Part shown: positions 54,235 to 64,000 of the stretch, piece after piece
Numbering within the stretch: the first letter of the stretch is position 1
Layout of the letters: every line of letters begins with the position of its first letter
Assembly (NCBI RefSeq): GCF_009914755.1
Contig: NC_060925.1
Source: the human T2T-CHM13v2.0 reference genome, Homo sapiens
Strand: one strand, 5' to 3'
Length of the DNA: 64,000 nucleotides
Program-made: the position numbers and the translations under genes
Notes under the pieces: generated by a model
Databases searched by the model: none
What the model saw: only the letters and a program-made list of their open reading frames with translations
What the model was told of the DNA's origin: nothing

Positions 54235-57200
54235 TTTGTATTTTATTTATTCATTTTTCTTTCCAACTTTTATTTTATATTCAAGGGATAAGTATGCAGG
54301 TTTGTTGCATGTGCAAATTGTGTGTTGTGGAGTTTGTTGTACAGATAATTTTGTTATCCAGATAATCAGCATAATACCTAATGCTCGATAGGTAGTTTTT
54401 CAATCCTCACCCTCCTCCCACCTTTCACCCTCAAGTAGGCCCTAGTGTCTATTGTTCCCTTCTTTGCTTTCATGTGTACTCAATGTTTAGTTCCCACTTA
54501 TAAGTTTGAACATGTGGTATTGGTTTTCTGTCCCTGCATTAGTTCACTTACAATAATAGCCTCCAGATCCATCCATGTTGCTGCAAAGGACATGATCTTA
54601 TTCTTTTTTTATGTCTGTGTAATATTCCGTGGTGTACATGTACCACATTTTCTTTAACCAATCCATTGTTCATGGGCACCTAGGTTGATTCCAAGTCTTT
54701 GCTATTGTGATAACACTGCTATGAACATACACATCTGTGTCTTTATGGTAGAATGATTTATATTCCTTTGGTATATACCCAGTTACAGGATTTCTGGGTC
54801 AAATGGTAATTCTGTTTTATTTTCTTTGAGAACCTCCAGACTGCTTTCCACACTGGCTGAACTTATTTATATTCCAACCAGCAATGTATAATCATTCCCT
54901 TTTCTCTGCAACCTTATCAACCTCTGTTATTTTTGACTTTTTACTAGTAGCCATTCTGAGTGGTGTGAGATTGTATCTTATTGTGGTTTTGATTTACATT
55001 TCTCTTAACGATCAATGATATTGAACATTTTTTCATATGCTTATTGGCTATGTGTATGTTTTCTTTTGAGAACTATCTGTTCATGTCCTTTGTCCATTTT
55101 TAAATGGGGTTGTTTTATGCTTGTTGATTTGCTTAAGTTCCTTATAGATTCTGGATATTAGACCTTTGTCAGATGCATTGTTTTCAAACATTTTCTCCCA
55201 TTCTGTATGTTGTCTGTTTATTCTGCTGATAGTTTCTTTCAGTATGCAAAAGTTGTTTGTTTAATTAGGTCCCACACTTCAATTTTTGTTTTTGTGGCAA
55301 TTGCTTTTGGAGTCTTTGTCATAAAGTCTTTGCTAGGACCAATATCCAGAATGGTATTTCTTAGTTTTCTTCTAGGATTTTTATAGTTTTATGTTTACAT
55401 TTGAATATTTAATAGATGTTGAGTTGATTTTTTGCATATGGTGAAAGGAACAGGTCCAGCTTCAATCTTCTGCATATGGCTGGCTAGTTATTGCAGCATG
55501 ATTTATTGAATAGAGGGTCCTTTCCCCATTGCTTGTTATTACCAGCTTTGTCAAAGATCAGATGGTTGTAGGTGTATGGCTTTATTTCTGGGTTCTCTAA
55601 CCTGTTCCATCAGTCTATGTGTCTGTTTTTGTACCAGTACCATACTGTAGCTTTGTGATATAGTTTGAAATTGTGTAATGTGATGTCTCCAGCTTTGTTC
55701 TTTTTGGTTAGGGTTGCTTGGCTATTCAGGCACTTTTTTGGCTCCATAGGAGTTTTAGTAATTTTTTCCTAATTCTGTGAAGAATGTCATTGGTAGTTTG
55801 ATAGAAATCGCATTGAATCTGTAAATTGCTTTGGGTAGTATGGCTATTGTAACAATATTGATTCTCCCTGTCTATTAACATAGAATGTTTTTCCATTTGT
55901 TTATGTCATCTCTGAATTCTTTGAGCAGTGTTTTGTAATTCTCATTGTAGACATCTTTCACCTCCTTGGTTAGCTGCATTTTTAGGTATTTTGTTCTTTT
56001 TATAGCTATTGTGAATAAGCTTGTGCTCTTCATTTGGCTCTCAACTTGGATGTTTTTGGTGTAAAGAAATACTACTTGTTTTTATACATTAATTTTGTAT
56101 CTTGAACCTTGCTGTAGTTGTTTATCAGGCCTAGGAACCTTTGGGTAGAGACTATGGGGATTTTTAGGTATAGAATCATATTGCTTGCAAAGAGAGATAT
56201 TTTAGCTTCCTCTCTTCCTTTTTGGATGATGCCTTTTATTTCTTTCTCTTGCCTGATTGCTCTGGCTAGGACTTCCAGTACTAGGTTAAATAGGAGTGGT
56301 AAGAGTGGTCATCCTTGTCTTGCTCCAGTTCTTCAAGCAGAATGCTTCAAGCTTTTTCCCATTCAGTATGATGTTGACTGTGGATTTGTCATAGATGGCT
56401 TATATTAGTTTGAGGTATGTTCCTTTGATGCCTAGTTTGTAGAGGGATTGTAACAAGATGGGATGTTGAATTTTATCAAAAGCCTTTTCTGCATCTATTG
56501 AGATGATCATGTGGTTTTTGTCTTTATTTATGTCTATATGATGAAATCATGTTTATTGATTTGCATATATTGAACCAACCTTGCATTCCAGGGATAAAGC
56601 CTGCCTGATTGTGCTGGATTGGCTTTTGGATGTGATGCTGGATTTGGTTTGTCAGTATTTTGTTGAGGATTTTTGCATCTATGTTCATCAAGGATACCGG
56701 CCTGAAGCTTGCTTTTTTGATTGTGTCTCTGCCAGGTTTTGGTATTAAGATGATGTTGGCCTCATAGAATGAATTAGGGAGGATTCCCTCCTCCTTGATT
56801 TTCAGAATAGTTTCAGTAGGAGTGATACCAGCTCTTCTTTATATGTGTGGTAGAATTTGGCTGTAAATCCATCTGGTCTAGGGCTTTTTCTGGTTGGTAG
56901 GTTTGTTATTACTGATACGATTTCAGAGCTTATTACTGGTCTGTTGAGGATTTAATTTTTTTTTTTTTTTTGTGGATAGAGGTCTTCATAACAGTCTCGA
57001 AAGGTTTTTTTTTCCCCCATTTCTGTGGGGTCAGTGGTAATGTAACTATTGCCATTTCTGATTGTGTTTATTTGGATTGTCTCTCTTTTTTCTTTATTAA
57101 TTTAGCTAGTGGTCTATTAATCTTATTTATTCTTTCAAAAAACCGTTATTTATTGACATTTTGTGTTTTTACTTATCTCCATTTCATTCAGTTCATCTCT

Positions 57201-60200
57201 CATTTTGGTTTTTTCTTTTCTTCTGGGAGCTTTGGGGTTGGTTTATTCTTGTTTTTCTTGTTCCTCTAGGTATGATGTTAGGTTGTTAATTTGAGATCTT
57301 TTTAACTTTTTGATATGGACAGTTAGTGCTATTAACTTCCCTCTTAACACTGCTTTAGCTATGTCCCAGAGATTCTGGTATGTTTTATTTTTGTGTTCAT
57401 TAGAATTTATTTATTGATTTCTGCCTTAATTTCATTGTTTATCCAAAAGTCATTCAGATAAGATTGTTTAATTTTCATTTAATTGTATGGTTTTGAGAGA
57501 TCTTCTTGGCATCGATTCCTATTTTTATTGTACTGTAGTCTGAGTGTGGTCTGGCTGGTATATATATTTTTAATTTATTGAGAATTGCTTTATTGCTGAT
57601 TTTTTGGTCAATTTTAGAATATATGCCATGTGCAGAACAGAATAATGTATATTCTGTTTTTGTCAGGTGAACTATTCTATAGATGTCTGTTAGGGTCATT
57701 TGGTCAAGTGTTGAGTCTAGGTCCCGAAATTATTTGTTAGTGTTCTGCCTTGATGATCTGTCCAATACATCAATGGGGTGTTGAAGTCTTCTGCTATTAT
57801 TGTGTGGTTATCTGAGTTTCTTCATAAATCTCTAAGAACGTGTTTGATGAACCTGGGTGCTCCAGTGTTGGGTGCATATATATTTAGGATAGTTACGTCT
57901 TCTTGTTGAATTGAACTCTGTATCATTATATAATGCTCTTCTTTTTTTTTGATAGTTGTTGGTTTAAAGTCTGTTTTGTCTAAAGTAAGAATAGCAACCC
58001 CTGCTTTTTCTTGTTTTCCATTTGATTGATACATCTTTCTCCATCCCTTTACTTTGATCCTATGTTTGTTCTTGCATGTGAGATTGGTCTTTCAAAGACA
58101 GCATACTGTTGGGTTTTGTTTCTTTATTCAGCTTGCCACTCTGTGCCTTTTAAATGGGGGTGTTTAGCCCATTTATATTCAAGGTTAATGTTGATATTTG
58201 TGGATTTGATCCTGTCATCATGTTGTTGGTTGTTATGTAGACTTGATTGTGTAGTTGCTTTGTAGTGTCAGTGGTTTATGTACTTAAGTGTACATAAACT
58301 GGTAATGATCTTTTGTTTCCATAGTTCACACTCTCTTAAGGAACTCCTGAAAGTCAGGTCTGGTAATAATGAATCCCCTTAGCATTTGCTTGTCTGAAAA
58401 GGATTTCATCTCTTCTTTGCTTATGAATCTTACGGAGTTGGCTGGATATGAAATTCTTAGTTGGAATTTCTTTTCTTTAAGAGTGCTAAATATAGGCCCC
58501 CAATCTCTTCTTGCTTGTAGGGTTTCTGTTGAAAGGTCTGCTGTTAACCTGATGTGGTTCCATTTGTAGTGACCTGCCCTTTTACTCTAGCTGCCTTAAA
58601 TAAATTTTTCTTTCTCTTTGGTCTTGGAGAATCTGATTACTGTGTGTATTGGTGATAGTCATCTTGTGTAGTATCTCACAGGGGTTTTCTGAGTTTCCTC
58701 AATTTGAATGTCAACCTGTCTAGCAAGGTTGGGGAAATTTTCATGGACTTTATCCTCAAATATATTTTCCAAGTTGCTTGTTCTCTCTCCCTCTCTTTCA
58801 GGGATGCCATGAGTCTTAGGTTTGGTCTCTTTACACAATCCCATATTTTCCAGGAGGTTTTGTTCATTTACTTAAATTTTCTTTATTTCTGTCTGACTGA
58901 GTTAATTTGAAGAAGCGGTCTTTGAGTTTTGTGTTTCTTTCCTCAGCTTGGGTCTGTTCTGCTGTTAATACTTCCAATTGTGTTATGAAATTCTTGTAGT
59001 AAGCTTTTAACCTCTATCAGCTCAGTTTGATTCTTTTTTCAAATGGCTATTTCATCTTTATCTCTTGAATCATTTTACTGAATTCCTTGGAATGGGTTTC
59101 AACTTTCTCCTGAATCTCAATGATCTTTGTTGCCATCCAGGTTCTGAATTCTATGTCTTTGATTTCAGTCATTTCATTCTGGTTAAGAACCATTGCTGGG
59201 CAGCTTGTGTAGTCGTTTGGAGATAAGGAGACATTCTGGCTTTTAGTGTTGCCAGAGTTCTTGCATTGGTTATTTCTGAGCTGTGTGGGCTGATATTCCT
59301 TTAAGTGTGCTGTAACTTGAATACAGTCAGTTGGCTTTGTTTCTGTATATTTTCAGAGGACCGAGTCTTTGTGTGGGGTCTTTATTTATGGTTGAATTCT
59401 TGTCTCTGGTTTCACAAGGGGGCATATTTGCTAAGTATTTTTGGGGTTGAAGTTGGGCTAAGAAGAGGAGCCACATGGTTGAGTAAGAGCTTATCTATTG
59501 GCCATTATGATTATTGGCCATTAGCATTGGCTTTAAACACAATGGCCAATAGATAAGCTATTACTCAGCCTTGTGGCTTCTCTGTATTTCCTCATGTTTG
59601 CTGTCATGCTTCCTCTCAGTGCTGTGAGAGTGTGTGCTTCTCTCTCATTTGAGTGTTGGTCACAGATCTCATCTTGTCACTATTGGGCTGTGCACCACCA
59701 CCCTGGGGTGAGCTCAGGCTTTTGTTCCCTCACCATCTTTGAGGCAACAGGGAAGGGACCTTGGCAGTGGTAATGACAAGGGGCCTTTCACTTGTCTTTT
59801 GTGGCTCTACACCAAAGAAATACAGAACCACTGCTAATTGGAATGATCTGCTGGGGGTGGGGTGGCTGTGTTGCTGGGCCAAACTGAGGGGCCCTGCCTG
59901 ATGAAGAGCAGGGGGCACGGGAGAGCTCACAGGGGAGACAGCCTGGCCTCTTCTTTGCAGAACAGTTTCAGCATGCTGGAGGTTCAAGTAAAGCACTCAG
60001 GCTCTTTGTTTCTTCCACAGCCTGGTGGTGGCAAAGACTGGGACTGCTGCAGTGGCAATGGCTGAGGGGCTGTCAGTTGCCTCTGGGAACCACACACCAG
60101 AAAATCACAGAGCTGCTGCCAATGGGAGTGGGGGTTTAGCTGGGGATGGAGTGGCTGTGCTGCAGGCTGAGCTGGGGGGCCCTGCCTGGTGAAGAGCAGT

Positions 60201-61281
60201 GGGTGAGGGCTCACAAGGAAGACAGAATGGGCTCCTCTCCATATGTGGCATGCTGGAATGTCAAAAAAATGATCAGGATCTTCATTCCTTCTCTAGCTTG
60301 AAGGCACCAAAAGGATATTGATGTAGCAATGGCAGATAGCTGGTGGGTTGTCTTTGGGATTTCCTCCCCAGAGAAATGCAGAGCTGCCACTGACAGAAGT
60401 GATCAGGAGGGGCAAGGCGGCTGTCCTGCAGGCCCAGGTAGAGAGGCCCTGCCCAGTGAAGAGTAGCAGGGACAGGGACCCACATGGAAAAGACTGGCCA
60501 TTTTTCTGTAAGGCAGCTGGGGTGTGCTGGAAGCCCACAATAGTTCTTGGGCTCTTTGCTCCCTCCTCAGCTTGAAGGCAGAAGGTGTGGGGGGCCACAG
60601 CAGTGGCAAAAGCTGCAGGCCTGCCAATTACCTCTGGGAGCTCCATTCCAGAGAAATGCAGAGCTGAGACTGGCCAAAGTGCTCAGGCAGGACTCGGGTG
60701 GCTATTCTGGGGTCCTAGGCCAGTGGGCTTTGCCTGATGAGGTATAGGAGAGGTGAAGCCTGCAGTCCATCTGTCCCTTGATGCCATGGATGGAGTCTCT
60801 ATTCTGGGGGCATGTGAGGGATCCTGACCTCCTTTGTTGATGTTGTTACGCCAGCTGATGCCGGGATGCTTAGGAGTCTAAAGCCCTTGGAGTTGTGTGT
60901 GGATCTGAGCGGTAGCTCTGCCCAGACTCCATACAGCTCTCCAGGTCAGTCTGGAGGTCCCTAGGGCAGGGAGTCAAGGGGGATCTCCTGTGCCTGGGAT
61001 TGCAAGGGTCCTTGGCAGAAGTTTGGGTCCCTGGAGACTCTTGCTCACTCATCACTTCCCTGCGGTGGAGAGTTTCCCTTGGCTCCACACCAATCCTGGG
61101 TGGGTAGCTGTTCTGTCTCACTCCTCTCTGCTCTCTGTGGGTCATATTGCTTCCTTGATAAATCCCAATGTGCCCTTCTAGGTGATCCATTTGAAGAGCT
61201 AGTATTTACTTGCCACTCTATCTCTACTCTGTGAGAGCACTGCACACTAGCTGTTTCTAGTCAGCCCTCTTGGCACCTCCC
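54235..61281 (-). mobile_element. Essentially full-length old primate L1 (about L1PA15-16), inactive, inserted into Tigger1
   Basis: 5' end ggaggtgccaagagggctgactagaa on the minus strand. ORF1 remnant NLENIFEDKVHENFPNLAR and EN remnant ILNIYAPNTGAPRFIK. T-rich tail at 54235-54260. Degenerate TSD ttcactattct (54224-54234) / ttcaccatcct (61293-61303). Confidence 0.95.
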
Positions 61282-61289
61282 ATAATCCA

Positions 61290-62268
61290 GAATTCACCAT
61301 CCTTGATCCATTAAGGAGATTTGTAATTCACAGAAGGAGGTCAAAATACTAACATTAAGAGGAATTTGGAAGAGGTTGATTCCAACCCTCATGGATGACT
61401 TGGAGGTGTTCAAAACTTTGGTGAAGGAACGAACTGCTTATGTGGTGAAAATAGCAAGAGAACTAGAAATAGAAGTAGAGCCTGAAGATGTGACCAAATT
61501 GCTGCAGTCTCATGATAGAACCTGAAGAAATGAGGAGTTGCTGCTTATGGATGGGCAAAGAAAGAGGTTTCTTGAAATGAAATCTACTCCTGGTGAAGGT
61601 GCTGTGAGCATTCTTGAAATGACAACAAAGAATTTAGAAGATGCCGTAAACCTAGTTGATAAAGCAGTAGCAAGGTTTGAGAGGACTAGTTCTAATTTTG
61701 AAGCTTCTACTCTGTGTAAAATGCTATCAAATGACATTCCATGCAATAGAGAAATCTTTTGTGAAGAGTCAGTTCATGTGGAAAACTTCATTGTTGTCCT
61801 ATTTCAAGAACTTGACATAGGTACTCCTACCTTCAGCAACCACCACCCTGATGAGTTGGCAGCCATCAACATCAAGGCAAGACTCTCTACCAGCAAAAAG
61901 ATTATAAGACACTGAAGGCCTGGTGGTGCAGTCATAGGTCACTGTAGCCTGGACCTCTTGGGCTCAAGTGATCCTTCTGCCTAAGCCTCCCAAGTAGCTG
62001 GGACTGCAGACATATACTACCACACCTGGATAGTTTGTTCGTTTGTTTTCTTTAGAGATGGGGTCTTGCTATGTTACTCAGGCTGGTCTTGAACTCCTGG
62101 CCTCAGTCTCTCAAGTAGCTGGGATTACAAATGGGAGCCACCACACTCAGCTTAAACATTACCTTTATATGCACTGGGAAACCAAAAAATGTGTGTCTTC
62201 CTTTATTGGGATATTCACTTTATTGCTGTGGTCTGGAGCCGAACCCACTATATCCCTGAGTTATGCCT
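61290..62268 (+). mobile_element. Tigger1 3' part, interrupted by an Alu remnant
   Basis: Resumes the transposase-coding sequence (ttggaagaggttgattccaaccctcatggatgac). The right terminus gagttatgcct is inverted relative to the left terminus and is followed by TA. Confidence 0.92.
61920..62152 (-). mobile_element. AluJ remnant lacking its 3' end and tail
   Basis: cactgtagcctggacctcttgggctcaagtgatcc...gagccaccacactcagc. Confidence 0.85.
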
Positions 62269-62379
62269 TATATATATAACCTGTGAAGAAGTCCTTCTCA
62301 GATATTACAGCATATATACAAAACATAAAGCTGGGTTTAAAAAATGGAGCTAGAAGGGGTCATATTTCAGTCTAGTCAT

Positions 62380-62900
62380 TCAGAAGAGATTCAATTGAAA
62401 AAATAATTAACTTGTTATATTAGCCATGACACACTAATACATTCACACAGATTTCATTCTAGAGGAGACAGAGAGTAAATAATAATTACAATCAATCAAT
62501 CATATAGCATGTTAGAAGGTAATAAGTACTATGGAGAAAGAGGAAAGGGAGTACAGGCAAGGGTGAGTGAAGGTCCCTCATCTGTGCAAGGGTGCTGGAG
62601 AAGAACGTGGGGGACACTTTACATTGTAACTACAATGGTGAGAGTAGACCTCATTGAGAAGGTGAGACTAGACCAAAGACATGAAGTTGGTAAAGGAGTT
62701 AGCTAAGTAGATACCTGTGGGAAAACTTTCCAGGCTGAGAGAACCACAGTACAAATGCACCGAAGCAGGAGTCGGCCTGGTGTGTTTAAGGAAAGAATAA
62801 CAGATGACTAGAGTGAGAGGAAGACAAGAAGGGAAATTAGATAAGTAACTGCAGGCTGATTATGTAGGCCATTGTAAAGTCTGGAAGTGGAAGTCATCTT
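62380..62900 (-). mobile_element. L2 fragment
   Basis: cattctagaggagacag...agacctcattgagaaggtgagac...gcctggtgtgtttaagga. Confidence 0.7.
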
Positions 62901-64000
62901 ATAGATTTACTAGAAGTTATTTCCCAGATTATAATAAACATCTGGTCAATTCAATTCAATTAACTTTCAACCGAAGAAAATTATTAGCAGGGCAAACTAG
63001 AGGATAATTGTAGACATAGAGACTTCTCTTATATTAGTTTCAGAACACTAAATGGTTTGGAAGAACGAAATCAACCAATAGATTGATTCTATGTGTGAGA
63101 CAAAAACTTCTGAGTATAAATACTTAAAGAATCCACTTAAAGCTAACTAAAATTCATCTGATATCACCTTCTGCTATTTTATAAATTTTTGATTATTTTA
63201 AAGTCAAACTTTCATAATTTTGTTGAAATAGTTTCTTCTTAAATTTCTTTATTCTTTTAGCATATAGCTTTGAATCACAGAACTCACGCTGGTACTGTCT
63301 TTATCTGGATTTAATGTCATTGAAACTGGCAGATTCTGTGTGTGAGTCAGGGGTATCATAAAGAAATGACCAAATTTCAGTTGAATGGATCAGCTACAGG
63401 CCTGCATGGCAGAATAGCCTGGAATGACTGCTTTGAGCAGATGTCCTGGCAAGTTGTAGGCACAGCAACACAATGACTGCCAGCGTAGTCCTGGCTTAGC
63501 AGTTCATTTTATATCCAAGCACCTTCAGCCTTTCAGCAGAAGCAAGGTTTACCCATATGTTTTCCATTCCACACCCTAGATGTGGTTAAATTCTAAAATC
63601 ACCTGCAGATGTGGTGTGATTCTGAGCTCAACTTCTCTTTCTCCTCTCCATGTTATATTTGGATTATGTTTACCATGCCAATTCTATCATAAGTTTCTTG
63701 CCCACTTAAATCTTGGCCATATAACATGATGGAAAACTCACTCCAGAAACAGTCTAGAATCATTGCATTCAGAATTTTGTTCAGGCTGAACAAATAAATA
63801 TTTGTCAAATAAATGACTAAGCTAATGTTATGGGAGTGTCCATAGCACTGGGAGTGTCTGCCCTTGCCCTCCCCAGCTACTTTTCATTTTAAGTTTTTGT
63901 AGATTCCTGAGTCTGTTCTGATATTAGATGGCAGTACATCAGCATTCTAGACCATGAGCCAAAGGGAACTGGAGCAGACTTGGTTTATAGGGTATCTGGA

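Noticed and set aside
53442-61915. Tigger transposase ORFs as a domesticated TIGD gene
   Set aside because: The frame is broken by stops and frameshifts and by a 7-kb L1 insertion.

Overview
This is AT-rich, CpG-depleted primate (human-like) non-coding DNA, either intronic or intergenic. I find no supportable host protein-coding exon, RNA gene or CpG island. Every recognisable ORF in the track is a transposon fragment (L1 ORF1/ORF2, Tigger1 transposase, Alu, MaLR LTR) or a simple-repeat translation. The window is dominated by interspersed repeats: two large old L1PA elements in opposite orientation (3.6-9.3 kb on +, with a ~1.35 kb internal deletion; 54.2-61.3 kb on -, full length and inserted inside a near-complete Tigger1), a 5'-inverted L1, nine Alus, MaLR/ERVL solo LTRs, MIR, L2 and old L1M fragments. 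Structure that standard repeat labels do not explain: (i) a 704-bp non-coding retrocopy with a perfect 15-bp target-site duplication at 11.4-12.1 kb; (ii) a 69-bp inverted copy of nearby unique DNA pasted 1.2 kb away next to a fold-back hairpin; (iii) several further templated-insertion or template-switch scars, some checkable against the paralogous L1 in this same window, one of which created an inverted pair of TCF/LEF motifs; (iv) a palindromic AT-rich 30-bp minisatellite. I see no evidence for a new gene system; the best leads are these mutational fossils. Subfamily names come from recalled consensus sequences, and boundaries of old repeats are approximate.
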